Numbered from the stretch's first letter, positions 18,513-28,009 are shown. The stretch: 30,219 nt of DNA from an uncultured Veillonellaceae bacterium (GCA_958439155.1 CAUBUJ010000001.1:1-30219); one strand, 5' to 3'. Translations and numbers: made by a program. Notes: a model not told the origin generated them from the sequence alone.

Positions 18513-19274
18513 TTACCCGAAGTAGGACTCTGAGCGGAGCGTGTCCAGAATGTACTGGCGGCTCGTGCTGTCTACCACCTGGGTAATGCGGTAGCCCATG
18601 TAAAGAGGGCTCGCGATGTAACGGGGGAATACTTTGACCCGTACATGCCCGCGGAGATGATAAAAGAAAAGATTGTAACTGTCGCAGGGGATGGGAAAGT
18701 CGGTGAGGACAAACCGGGCGATATGCTGGATCGCGTCGGCAAATCCCACAAGATTTCCTTCTTTTTTGAGGGAAATATTGAATTCCGCCATGCTGCAGAT
18801 GGGATAGTCCGACAGGGTCACGTAGCAGTCCCCGTCTTCATACACCGGCGCGCCGAGAAAATTTTCCGTGGCGATATTGTCCCGGTAGTCATAGTCATAG
18901 AGACCGATGATCTGCGAATGGGGATGCCGCTGGGAGCCGCCGGAATGGGGCCCGTAATTGCGGAAGTAAATGACTGACCGGAAGGCGGGATTTTTTTCCG
19001 TTTCCTCCCATTTTTCCATGCCGAAGCGGATCACGTCGTGGAGTTTTTCCGGAGCATACCGGGAGAGCTCATCATCGTGGTTTGACGTCTCAATGAGAAC
19101 TGTCGGCCAGGTTCCGTGAAATACAGGATACTTATTCATGCACCAGATCATATCGCCGCGGCGGTCCAGAATATGAGTGAGGGCGCCGGGATCACAGAAA
19201 GGACAGGGATTTCCTTTCGACGAATAGGGCTTCTTCTTCCCTATGGACAGATCAAATTCAATAGGATTTGTCAT
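18513..19274 (-). CDS. GalT/HIT-like nucleotidyltransferase (DUF4931-type)
   Basis: CPFC zinc site, NKYP, and FRNYGPHSGGSQRHPHSQIIG (GalT HxHxQ motif); ATG 19274 behind GAAGGT. Confidence 0.8.
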   Translation of the reverse strand: MTNPIEFDLSIGKKKPYSSKGNPCPFCDPGALTHILDRRGDMIWCMNKYPVFHGTWPTVLIETSNHDDELSRYAPEKLHDVIRFGMEKWEETEKNPAFRSVIYFRNYGPHSGGSQRHPHSQIIGLYDYDYRDNIATENFLGAPVYEDGDCYVTLSDYPICSMAEFNISLKKEGNLVGFADAIQHIARFVLTDFPIPCDSYNLFFYHLRGHVRVKVFPRYIASPLYMGYRITQVVDSTSRQYILDTLRSESYFG

Positions 19275-19443
19275 GAATTTACCTTCACTTTCCATGGAAA
19301 AAGCTGCTTGCGGCCGCCGCATGTCCCGTCGTATCGGAAAACGCGGCGGCAAGTTTTTTCCATTGACTCTTTTATTATAGCATGATGTTTTCGCCAGAGG
19401 CTTTACTTTTTTCATTGTACATAGGATTCGTACATAAATGGTC

Positions 19444-19458
19444 AATTTTCAGAAAATA
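19444..19458. promoter_or_regulatory. CodY-box-like operator
   Basis: AATTTTCAGAAAATA matches 14 of 15 positions of the CodY consensus AATTTTCWGAAAATT; lies between divergent operons. Confidence 0.65.
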
Positions 19459-19546
19459 CGGCCGCGGAAAGGCCGCAGAAGTGGAAGTTTCATTCGCGGG
19501 CATGTCGTTTTTTATAGGCAGAACATTTCTTTATTTCGTTAAAGCA

Positions 19547-19575
19547 TTGACAAATAGAAAGGGATAGTGTAGGAT
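19547..19575 (+). promoter_or_regulatory. Sigma-A promoter of the second amino-acid ABC operon
   Basis: TTGACA, 17 bp, TAGGAT. Confidence 0.65.
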
Positions 19576-19638
19576 AACGTCATGCGAATGATTCTTTACT
19601 CAAATAAAGAAATGAAGAAATAGAAAAGGGGCATAAGA

Positions 19639-20436
19639 ATGAATTGGAAAAAGGTCATGGCTGCGGGAATGATTTCTCTCTGCGCCGGGGCTCTTCTCGC
19701 CGGGTGCGGCGGATCGCAGAAGGCGGTGTCTTCCGCGCAGAATACAGACGCGAAGAAAATCGTGATCGGGCTGGATGATAATTTCCCGCCTTTCGGATTC
19801 AAGGACAAAAACGGACAGCTCGTAGGGTTCGATATTGATCTGGCGAAAGAAGCGGCCAAGCGGATGGGAAGCGATGTGGAATTTAAGCCTGTCGACTGGG
19901 ACAGCAAGGAAGCGGAGCTGAAGAGCCATAAAATTGACGCCATCTGGAGCGGCCTTTCCATCCTGCCGGAGCGGGAGAAAAATATGCTCTTCTCCCGTCC
20001 TTACCAGGAAGCGGAGCAGATCATCATGGTGAAGGAAGATTCGCCGATCCATTCGAAAGCGGATCTGGCAGGCAAGGTGGTCGCTACCCAGGCGGGAAGC
20101 ACCGGCTTGGACGCGATCAACGCCGATCCGGCGAAGGATACCTTCAAGGAGCTCAAAACTTATCCGGACAATGTATCCGGCTTCATGGACCTGAAGATCG
20201 GCCGCATCGACGCCATGGTGGTGGCCAAGGTGGTGGGCCTCTACTACAACAAACAGAATAACGCAGGCTTCCGCGTGGTAGAAGGCGGGTACACCAAGAT
20301 CCCCGTCGGGGTCGGTATCGCCAAGGACAACCAGGCGCTCAAAGATAAACTGGACGCGGTCCTTGTGGAAATGAAGAAAGACGGCACGTCAAAGAAGATT
20401 TCTGAAAAGTGGTTTGGTGAAGATATTACGCTGTAA
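19639..20436 (+). CDS. Amino-acid ABC substrate-binding lipoprotein (family 3), paralog 1
   Basis: Lipobox LAGC; GLDDNFPPFGF, GFDIDLA, DWDSKEAEL, ISEKWFG. Confidence 0.92.
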   Translation: MNWKKVMAAGMISLCAGALLAGCGGSQKAVSSAQNTDAKKIVIGLDDNFPPFGFKDKNGQLVGFDIDLAKEAAKRMGSDVEFKPVDWDSKEAELKSHKIDAIWSGLSILPEREKNMLFSRPYQEAEQIIMVKEDSPIHSKADLAGKVVATQAGSTGLDAINADPAKDTFKELKTYPDNVSGFMDLKIGRIDAMVVAKVVGLYYNKQNNAGFRVVEGGYTKIPVGVGIAKDNQALKDKLDAVLVEMKKDGTSKKISEKWFGEDITL

Positions 20437-20478
20437 CCGTATGTTATGACGCATCATGAGATGCAGGGGGGACTCATC

Positions 20479-21291
20479 ATGAAAATGAACTGGAAAAAAG
20501 CGATCGCCGCGGGAATTATGGTATGCGCAGCAGCGGGGATGCTCGCCGGATGCGGCGGCTCAGAGAAGAAAGCGGCTTCTTCTGTACAAAAGCCGGCCAA
20601 AATCGTAGCGGGCCTGGATGATACTTTCGCGCCTATGGGATTCCGCGACGACAGCGGCAAGATTGTCGGCTTCGATGTGGATATGGCAGCGGCCGTGTCC
20701 AAGGAAATCGGCGTGCCCATCGAATTCAAGCCCATCGACTGGGCCAGCAAGGAATCTGAAATTTCTTCCGGCCGGATCGACGTCATCTGGAATGGGCTCA
20801 CTGTGACAGAGGAACGGAAAAAGGTTCTTGATTTCACTGATCCCTACCTGAACAACAAGCAGATTTTCGTAGTCATGAATGATTCTCCCTACCAGAGTTC
20901 CAAAGACCTGGCAGGAAAGAATGTAGTTTCCCAGGAAGGCAGCACCGGTGAGACAGCGGTGCTGAAGCAGAAGGACCTGAAAGATTCTTTCGGCGGCTGG
21001 AAAGTCTATCCTGATTTCACGTCCTGCTTCATGGATCTCGAATCGGGCCGGGCAGATGCCATTGTGGGCGACAGCGTGCTCATCAATTACTACATGCAGA
21101 AGAAACCGGGCCAGTTCCGGGTACTGCCGGAAACGGTGGCCAATGAACAGTTCGCGGTGGGCGTGAAGAAAGGCAATGAAGCGCTGCTCAAGCTCATCAA
21201 TGAAGGATTCAAGAAAGTGGAAGCCAGCGGGGAAGCAAGCAAGATTTCTCAGAAGTGGTTCGGTACCGACCTGAGCGTGAAAGCGAAGTAA
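20479..21291 (+). CDS. Amino-acid ABC substrate-binding lipoprotein (family 3), paralog 2
   Basis: Lipobox LAGC; GLDDTFAPMGF, GFDVDMA, DWASKESEI, ISQKWFG; ATG 20479 behind AGGGGGG. Confidence 0.92.
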   Translation: MKMNWKKAIAAGIMVCAAAGMLAGCGGSEKKAASSVQKPAKIVAGLDDTFAPMGFRDDSGKIVGFDVDMAAAVSKEIGVPIEFKPIDWASKESEISSGRIDVIWNGLTVTEERKKVLDFTDPYLNNKQIFVVMNDSPYQSSKDLAGKNVVSQEGSTGETAVLKQKDLKDSFGGWKVYPDFTSCFMDLESGRADAIVGDSVLINYYMQKKPGQFRVLPETVANEQFAVGVKKGNEALLKLINEGFKKVEASGEASKISQKWFGTDLSVKAK

Positions 21292-21342
21292 ACGTCCGGT
21301 TTGCCAAAGCGGCAAAGATATGTTACAGTAACATGGCAAAGT

Positions 21343-21376
21343 GAAAAAGACAGGCACTGCGGCGCTTGTCTTTTCC
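21343..21376 (+). terminator. Intra-operon terminator or stabilising hairpin between the SBPs and the permease
   Basis: AAAAGACAGGC...GCTTGTCTTTT stem. Confidence 0.55.
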
Positions 21377-21410
21377 GCGTTTCCATGGTTCGTTTGCAAA
21401 GGGGTAAGAT

Positions 21411-22067
21411 ATGCTGGAGTATATCGGTCAAATCATTCCCAGTATGGTAGAGGGTCTGGGCGTATCGGCGCAGATTTTTGTGCTCACCTATGTACTGGCG
21501 CTTCCGCTGGGGATTCTGCTCTCTCTTGTACGTCTCTCCAGATTGGGGCTCTTCCGGAGGATTGCGGAATTCTATATTTACATTATGCGCGGGACGCCGC
21601 TCATGCTGCAGATTCTTTTCATCTACTATGGGCTTCCGATGCTTCCGGGCATTTCCATCCAGATCAACGATTTTTCCGCGGCGATTCTCGCGTTCGTCGC
21701 CAATTACGCGGCGTACTTTGCGGAGATTTTCCGCGGCGGCATCCAGTCCATCAGCCGCGGCCAGTATGAAGGGGCGAAAGTGCTGGGCTTCACCTACCGC
21801 CAGACCATGTGGCATATCGTGCTCCCCCAGGTATTCAAGCGGGTGCTTCCGCCTCTCGGCAATGAAACGATCACCCTCCTGAAAGATACGTCCCTCGTGT
21901 ATGTGCTCGCCATGAATGATCTCATGCGTGTGACCCGTTCCATCGTGCAGCGCGATTTCGATACCACCGCGTTCCTCGTGGCGGCCATATTCTACCTGGT
22001 GTGCACCTTCGTTTTGACCCGTCTTCTCGCGTGGCTGGAAAGACGGTACGCAGTGTATGAGGAATGA
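21411..22067 (+). CDS. Polar amino-acid ABC transporter permease
   Basis: [51 protein letters not shown]. Confidence 0.93.
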   Translation: MLEYIGQIIPSMVEGLGVSAQIFVLTYVLALPLGILLSLVRLSRLGLFRRIAEFYIYIMRGTPLMLQILFIYYGLPMLPGISIQINDFSAAILAFVANYAAYFAEIFRGGIQSISRGQYEGAKVLGFTYRQTMWHIVLPQVFKRVLPPLGNETITLLKDTSLVYVLAMNDLMRVTRSIVQRDFDTTAFLVAAIFYLVCTFVLTRLLAWLERRYAVYEE

Positions 22068-22077
22068 GGCGGATCCG

Positions 22078-22836
22078 ATGGCATTTATTGAAATGAAACA
22101 TATAAAGAAATCCTTCGGCAGCGCCGAAATTCTTCATGGGGTGGACCTCTCGGTGGACAAGGGGGAAGTGGTGTCCATCATCGGCCCGTCCGGCGCAGGG
22201 AAGAGTACCTTCCTGCGGTGTCTCAACAATCTGGAAACCATCCAGGGCGGCACCATTCTCGTGGACGGGGAATACCTTGCGAAGGAAGAAAATGGCCATG
22301 TGGTCTATGCCAAAGCGGCGGAAGCGCGGCGGATTCTGGGAAAGATGGGTATGGTCTTCCAGTCGTTCAATCTGTTCCCCCATATGACCGTGCTGGACAA
22401 TCTCCTGGCGGCGCCGCTCTATGTGAAAAAGATGAAGCGCGCTGATGTGCTGCCCACGGCGGAACGGCTCCTCAAAAAAGTGGGTCTCTGGGAGAAACGC
22501 GACGTCTATCCGGGACGGCTCTCCGGCGGACAGAAGCAGCGCGTCGCCATCGCACGGGCGCTTACGATGAATCCGGAAATCATGCTCTTTGATGAGCCCA
22601 CATCGGCGCTTGATCCGGAGCTCACCGGGGAAGTGCTGAAGACGATCCACCAGCTGGCCGATGAAAAAATGACCATGATCATCGTAACCCATGAAATGGC
22701 CTTCGCTCAGTCCGTATCGGACAAAGTGCTCTTCATGGTGGAAGGGCATATCGAAGAGGAAGGTACCAGTGAAGACATCTTCGAGCATCCGAAGAGCAAA
22801 CGGACCCAGGCCTTCCTGAAATCCATCCTCCGGTGA
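22078..22836 (+). CDS. Polar amino-acid ABC transporter ATP-binding subunit
   Basis: [39 protein letters not shown] 22078 behind GAGG. Confidence 0.93.
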   Translation: MAFIEMKHIKKSFGSAEILHGVDLSVDKGEVVSIIGPSGAGKSTFLRCLNNLETIQGGTILVDGEYLAKEENGHVVYAKAAEARRILGKMGMVFQSFNLFPHMTVLDNLLAAPLYVKKMKRADVLPTAERLLKKVGLWEKRDVYPGRLSGGQKQRVAIARALTMNPEIMLFDEPTSALDPELTGEVLKTIHQLADEKMTMIIVTHEMAFAQSVSDKVLFMVEGHIEEEGTSEDIFEHPKSKRTQAFLKSILR

Positions 22837-22846
22837 CAGGTTTGAC

Positions 22847-22874
22847 AAGGCGGCTCTGCAAGGGGCCGCTTTTT
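22847..22874 (+). terminator. Intrinsic terminator after the ABC operon
   Basis: AAGGCGGCTCT-gcaa-GGGGCCGCTTT plus T run. Confidence 0.75.
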
Positions 22875-22947
22875 GCGTGCCCGTTGCCTCAAATGACTCT
22901 TTCCTATGCTATAATGAGAGAAATGTATGGAATGAGGAGGAGATGAG

Positions 22948-24027
22948 ATGGACTGCTTTGCGGCGGCGCTGCCGGGACTGCCCGGCCTTGGGGCAAAACG
23001 GATACGGGCACTGATTACATCCCTGGGGAGCGCGGAAGCGGTATGGCGCGCAGAGAGCGGTGTCCTCCGGGAAAGCGGCATCCTGCCGCCGAAGCTTCTT
23101 GGGGAATTTCTGTCCTTCCGGAATGAGACTGACCCGGAGCGGGAAGGGAAAAAGCTGGAACAGGCCGGCGTCCGCGCCGTGCTCTGGACTGATCCGGACT
23201 ATCCGCCGCTGTTGGCGGAAACAGCAAATCCGCCGGCGGTTCTTTTCTACCAGGGCGCGCCGCCGGTATGGGAGAAGACCGTCGCCATCGTGGGCGCGCG
23301 GAAAGCCACCGCTTACGGTGTGAATGCTGCCCGGCACATCGCGGAGGGCCTCGCCCGGGAAGGGGTCACTATCGTCTCCGGCGGCGCCCGCGGGATCGAT
23401 ACCGTCTCTCATGAAGGAGCCCTTGCCGGATCCGCCCCTACAGCGGTGGTGCTGGCCTGCGGGCTGGACGTGACCTATCCGCCGGAGAACCGGAATCTGT
23501 TCCAGAAGATTCGCGACCGGGGCGGAACGATTCTCTCGGAGTATCCGTTGGGTACGCCGCCTCTTGGACGGCAGTTTCCCGCGCGGAACCGGATCATCGC
23601 CGGCATGAGCCGCGGCGTGGTGGTCACGGAAGCGGCAGAGCGGAGCGGCTCTCTCATTACTTCCGATTTCGCTCTCGAAGAAGGACGGGATGTCTTCGCC
23701 GTGCCCGGGAGCATCTGGTCTTCCATGAGCCGCGGCACGAACCAGCTCATCCACCATGGGGCGATCTGCGTCACCGGTCCCGGGGACATTCTCTCAGAGT
23801 ACGGGTGGGATACGAAAGAGGAAGAACCGGGGAAAGCGATGGAAGCGCTCACCCTCGAAGAGGAACTGGTCTATCAGTTCTGCTCGGCATCTGACGCGGC
23901 CAGCGCGGAAGATCTCATCCAGCAGAGCGGCTTTCCCCTGGCGAAACTGACCATGATTCTCCTCTCACTGGCGGTCAAAGGGTACATCGGAGAGGCCGGG
24001 CCCGGCATGTATGCCGCAAAAAAATAG
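22948..24027 (+). CDS. dprA: DNA-processing protein DprA (Smf)
   Basis: YPPLL, PPAVLF, AIVGAR, VSGGARGID, SEYP, FPARNRIIAG, EAAERSGSLIT, GRDVFAVPG and C-terminal winged helix. TGcTATAAT at 22907-22915. Confidence 0.96.
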   Translation: MDCFAAALPGLPGLGAKRIRALITSLGSAEAVWRAESGVLRESGILPPKLLGEFLSFRNETDPEREGKKLEQAGVRAVLWTDPDYPPLLAETANPPAVLFYQGAPPVWEKTVAIVGARKATAYGVNAARHIAEGLAREGVTIVSGGARGIDTVSHEGALAGSAPTAVVLACGLDVTYPPENRNLFQKIRDRGGTILSEYPLGTPPLGRQFPARNRIIAGMSRGVVVTEAAERSGSLITSDFALEEGRDVFAVPGSIWSSMSRGTNQLIHHGAICVTGPGDILSEYGWDTKEEEPGKAMEALTLEEELVYQFCSASDAASAEDLIQQSGFPLAKLTMILLSLAVKGYIGEAGPGMYAAKK

Positions 24028-24036
24028 ATCGTCCTA

Positions 24037-24065
24037 TTGGCATTTCCTATCGAGTCCCCTATAAT
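24037..24065 (+). promoter_or_regulatory. Internal sigma-A promoter of topA
   Basis: TTGGCA, 17 bp, TATAAT. Confidence 0.7.
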
Positions 24066-24195
24066 AAGGAAACGATGAAAGGTTACAGGCGGATCAGGAA
24101 GGGAGAGGTTCCATAGAGGAAACCATCCTTTCTTTCATCCATCTCTCCGGGACAATTCCTTGTCCCCGCTGATTTGAAGCAGGAGGATTTCTGCA

Positions 24196-26562
24196 TTGTC
24201 GATCAAAGTGACTATTACAGTAGGAAAGAAAAAACGCCGGACCAAAGCGGTGCCGGCAGAAGAACCTGCGTTTAAACGGACACCCAATCCCAAGGGGAAG
24301 CACCTGGTGGTGGTAGAATCTCCAGCCAAAGCCCGTACCATTGAACGGATTCTCGGCCCGGATTACAAGGTGATGGCCTCCATGGGACATCTTCGGGACC
24401 TGCCGAAGCGCACCCTCGGTGTCGATGTGGATCATGATTTCAAGCCGCAGTACGTCAATTCGGAAGGGCGGGAAACAGTCATCAAGGATTTGCAGAAAGA
24501 AGCGAATAAAGCGAAAGACATCCTTCTCGCAACGGACCCTGACCGCGAAGGGGAAGCCATTTCGTGGCATCTGTCCAAGCTGCTCGATGTGAATCCGGAA
24601 GAGAATGTGCGCATCGCTTTCCACGAAATCACGCCGCCGGCGATCCGGGAAGCAGTGAAGCATCCCGGGCCGATTGATGAAAACCGGGTGGATGCCCAGC
24701 AGGCGCGGCGCGTGCTGGACCGCCTCGTCGGGTACAAGCTCTCTCCCTGGCTCTGGAAGCAGGTCTACCGCGGGCTCTCGGCGGGGCGTGTCCAGTCCGT
24801 GGCAGTGCGCCTCATCTGCGAGCGGGAAGAAGAAATTAAAGCGTTCAAGCCGGAAGAATACTGGACTGTCGACACAAAGTACAAAAACAGCGAAGGCCAC
24901 GTATTTACCGCCAAGCTCATCGGTCACCTGGGCCAGGAGATCAAGCTCACCAATAAAGAAGAAGCTGACGCCGCCGTCGCGGCCATCGAGAAAAAAGACG
25001 CTCTTGTATCATCGGTGACCAAGTCCCGGCGGCAGCGCAAGGCCAAGCCGCCGTATACCACTTCCACCATGCAGCAGGACGCGGTGAATAAACTGTCCTT
25101 TGGCTCGAAGAAGACCATGATGCTCGCCCAGACCCTCTATGAAGGGGTGGAAATTGCCGGCCACGGCCATGTGGGGCTCATTACCTACATGCGTACCGAC
25201 TCGACCCGTATTTCTGAAGAAATGACGAAGGCGGTGCTTCCTTATATTGCGTCGGTGTACGGCGAAGAATATGTCCCGGCCAAGCCCAATGTCTATGCCA
25301 AGTCCAAAGAAGCGCAGGACGCCCACGAAGCGATCCGCCCGACGTCGCTGAAATTTCCGCCGGAAGCGCTCACCCAGTCCCTCGACAGGGATCAGCTCCG
25401 GCTGTACACGCTCATCTGGAACCGGTTCATTGCGAGCCAGATGGCGCCGCAGAAGACGGAAAATACATCCGCTCTCCTCACCTGCGGCGACTACACCCTT
25501 CGCGCGTCAGGAATGCGTATCCTCTTTGACGGATTCACCGTGGTGCAGAGCGCCAAAGAGAAAGCAAAAGACAATGAAAAGGAAAATATTCTGCCCCTTC
25601 TCAAAAAAGGCGATACCGTCCATAATGTGTCCGTCACCGGGGACCAGCACTTCACCGCGCCGCCCCCAAGGTACACCGAAGCGAGCCTTATCAAGACACT
25701 CGAAGAAAAAGGAATCGGCCGCCCTTCTACGTACGCGCCGATTCTCGATACAATCCAGCGCCGGAAGTATGTAGAGAAAGAAAATAAGCAGTTCATCCCC
25801 ACAGAACTGGGCTTCACCATTGTGGACCTTTTGAAAAAATACTTCGACGGCATCATCAATGTAGGCTTTACGGCGGACCTCGAAACATGGCTCGATAAGA
25901 TCGCCGCAGGGAAAGCAAAGTACGCGAAAGTCCTCGGCGATTTCTACAAGCTTTTCAGCAGCGAGCTCAAGAAGGCGGACGCAGAAGCTACAGAGGACAA
26001 GAAGAAAAACCAGGAAGTGTCCGACGTAGTCTGTGAGAAGTGCGGCGCCCATATGATCGTGAAAATGAGCCGGTACGGGAAGTATCTCGCCTGCCCGAAT
26101 TATCCCAAATGCAAAAACATCAAGCCATACAAGCAGAATAATGAGCCTGACGAAGAGTCTGACGTGGTCTGCGACAAGTGCGGCGCGAAAATGGTGTACC
26201 GCACCGGTCCTTTCGGGCGGTATCTCGCCTGCCCGGAATGCAAAGCCACCAAGTCCATCGTGGTGGATACAGGGATTACCTGCCCGAAATGTCACGAAGG
26301 GCATCTTGTGCGGCGCCGGTCCAAACGGGGCCGTTACTTCTACGGCTGCAGCCGCTACCCGAAGTGTGATATGGCCGTATGGAATGAGCCGGTCGACCAG
26401 TTCTGCCCGGTCTGCGGCAGCATTATGGTGAAAAAGGTGGACCGGAAAAAAGAAGAGCACATCGTCTGCTCCAATCCGGACTGCCCCACCCAGCCGAAGC
26501 GGAAGACCCGGGCGAAAAAGACGGAGCCGCCCGCAGATACTGGGAAGGAAAAGAAAGAATAA
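24196..26562 (+). CDS. topA: DNA topoisomerase I (type IA) with four C-terminal zinc ribbons
   Basis: VVESPAK, ATDPDREGE, SAGRVQS, catalytic ITYMRTDS, QDAHEAIRPT, GIGRPSTY and four C4 repeats; TTG start behind AGGAGG. Confidence 0.97.
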   Translation: MSIKVTITVGKKKRRTKAVPAEEPAFKRTPNPKGKHLVVVESPAKARTIERILGPDYKVMASMGHLRDLPKRTLGVDVDHDFKPQYVNSEGRETVIKDLQKEANKAKDILLATDPDREGEAISWHLSKLLDVNPEENVRIAFHEITPPAIREAVKHPGPIDENRVDAQQARRVLDRLVGYKLSPWLWKQVYRGLSAGRVQSVAVRLICEREEEIKAFKPEEYWTVDTKYKNSEGHVFTAKLIGHLGQEIKLTNKEEADAAVAAIEKKDALVSSVTKSRRQRKAKPPYTTSTMQQDAVNKLSFGSKKTMMLAQTLYEGVEIAGHGHVGLITYMRTDSTRISEEMTKAVLPYIASVYGEEYVPAKPNVYAKSKEAQDAHEAIRPTSLKFPPEALTQSLDRDQLRLYTLIWNRFIASQMAPQKTENTSALLTCGDYTLRASGMRILFDGFTVVQSAKEKAKDNEKENILPLLKKGDTVHNVSVTGDQHFTAPPPRYTEASLIKTLEEKGIGRPSTYAPILDTIQRRKYVEKENKQFIPTELGFTIVDLLKKYFDGIINVGFTADLETWLDKIAAGKAKYAKVLGDFYKLFSSELKKADAEATEDKKKNQEVSDVVCEKCGAHMIVKMSRYGKYLACPNYPKCKNIKPYKQNNEPDEESDVVCDKCGAKMVYRTGPFGRYLACPECKATKSIVVDTGITCPKCHEGHLVRRRSKRGRYFYGCSRYPKCDMAVWNEPVDQFCPVCGSIMVKKVDRKKEEHIVCSNPDCPTQPKRKTRAKKTEPPADTGKEKKE

Positions 26563-26588
26563 GTCTCCCCGCAGGAGATTATCACAGG

Positions 26589-26640
26589 AAAGGGGGATTC
26601 ATTTCCTGAGCACATCGGAATGAATCCTCTTTTCTTTTTA
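26589..26640 (+). terminator. Terminator-like hairpin between topA and trmFO
   Basis: AAAGGGGGATTCATT...AATGAATCCTCTTTT stem followed by a T-rich tract. Confidence 0.55.
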
Positions 26641-26654
26641 TAAAAGGAATCAGA

Positions 26655-27962
26655 ATGAAAGAAAACAATTACATCACCGTCGTTGGCGCGGGCCTTGCAG
26701 GAAGCGAAGCGGCGTGGCAGCTCGCCCGGCGGGGCATCCCGGTGCGGCTCATCGAAATGCGTCCTGCCCAGTCCACCCCGGCCCATCACACGCCTTACTT
26801 CGGCGAGCTCGTATGCAGCAATTCTCTCCGCGCGGCGGGACTTACCAACGCGGTGGGCCTTCTGAAAGAAGAAATGCGCCGCATGGGCTCCCTTATCATG
26901 GACTGCGCCGATCATCACAGCGTGCCTGCCGGCGGAGCGCTCGCGGTGGACCGCCTGGGCTACGCGAAAGCGGTGACGGAAAAGGTCCGGTCTCACCCGC
27001 TCATTACGGTGGAGGAACGGGAGCTTACCGAAATTCCCCGGGAAGGCATCGTCATCATCGCCACCGGCCCCCTTACAGAAGGGGCGCTTGCCGCGGATAT
27101 TGAGAAATTCTGCGGCGGAGAGGGATTCCATTTCTACGACGCCGCGGCGCCCATTGTGGCAGCAGACTCTCTTGACATGTCCGTGGTCTACCGGGCGTCC
27201 CGCTACGGGAAAGGGGAAGCGGCGTACCTCAATTGTCCCATGGACAAAGAGCAGTACCTCGCCTTCCAGGAGGCGCTTGTTGCGGCGGAGACGGCAGAAG
27301 TGCACGGCTTTGAAAATAAAAAAGTTTTCGAAGGGTGCATGCCCATCGAAGTCATGGCTGCCCGCGGCGTGGATACGATGCGCTTCGGCCCGGTCAAGCC
27401 TGTGGGACTCCCGGACCCGCGCACCGGAAAGGACCCCTATGCGGTGGTGCAGCTCCGCCAGGACAATGAAGACGGCACCATGTACAACATCGTCGGTTTC
27501 CAGACCCACCTCAAATGGGGCGAACAGCGCCGCGTCTTCGGCATGATCCCCGGCCTTGAAAAGGCGGAATTCGTCCGGTACGGCGTGATGCACCGGAATA
27601 CCTACATAGACTCGCCGGACCTTCTGAATGCCACCATGGAGACGAGAAAACGGAAAGGCTTATTCTTTGCAGGCCAGATGACCGGTGTGGAAGGCTATGT
27701 AGAATCTGCCGCCTCCGGCATCATTGCTGCCATGAGCGCCGCCGCCCGTTTCAAAGGGCAGGAACCGCTCGCCTTCCCGCGGTTCACCGCCATCGGCTCC
27801 CTCTGCTGGTACATTTCCCACTATGAAGGGAAAAACTTCCAGCCCATGAACATCACCTTCGGTCTCATCCCGCCGCTGGGGAAGAAATATCCGAAGAAAA
27901 TCAAAAACGAAAAATTAGCAGAACGGGCGCTGGCCGCGCTTGGCCGGTACATGGGGCAGTAA
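26655..27962 (+). CDS. trmFO: FADH2-oxidising tRNA m5U54 methyltransferase TrmFO (Gid)
   Basis: [80 protein letters not shown]. Confidence 0.97.
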   Translation: MKENNYITVVGAGLAGSEAAWQLARRGIPVRLIEMRPAQSTPAHHTPYFGELVCSNSLRAAGLTNAVGLLKEEMRRMGSLIMDCADHHSVPAGGALAVDRLGYAKAVTEKVRSHPLITVEERELTEIPREGIVIIATGPLTEGALAADIEKFCGGEGFHFYDAAAPIVAADSLDMSVVYRASRYGKGEAAYLNCPMDKEQYLAFQEALVAAETAEVHGFENKKVFEGCMPIEVMAARGVDTMRFGPVKPVGLPDPRTGKDPYAVVQLRQDNEDGTMYNIVGFQTHLKWGEQRRVFGMIPGLEKAEFVRYGVMHRNTYIDSPDLLNATMETRKRKGLFFAGQMTGVEGYVESAASGIIAAMSAAARFKGQEPLAFPRFTAIGSLCWYISHYEGKNFQPMNITFGLIPPLGKKYPKKIKNEKLAERALAALGRYMGQ

Positions 27963-28003
27963 AAAATCCCGCAGGATGCGAAAAGGCATCTTGCGGGATT
28001 TTT
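27961..28003 (+). terminator. Intrinsic terminator after trmFO
   Basis: AAAAATCCCGCAGGATGC-gaaaag-GCATCTTGCGGGATTTTT. Confidence 0.85.
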
Positions 28004-28009
28004 CTGTGA

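Noticed and set aside
18513..19445. Long upstream starts given in the ORF track (19445, also 1926, 3503, 7887, 20446, 22057 and 28550)
   Set aside because: The extensions run through promoters, intergenic DNA or upstream genes. Downstream ATGs have proper SD sequences and match family N-termini.
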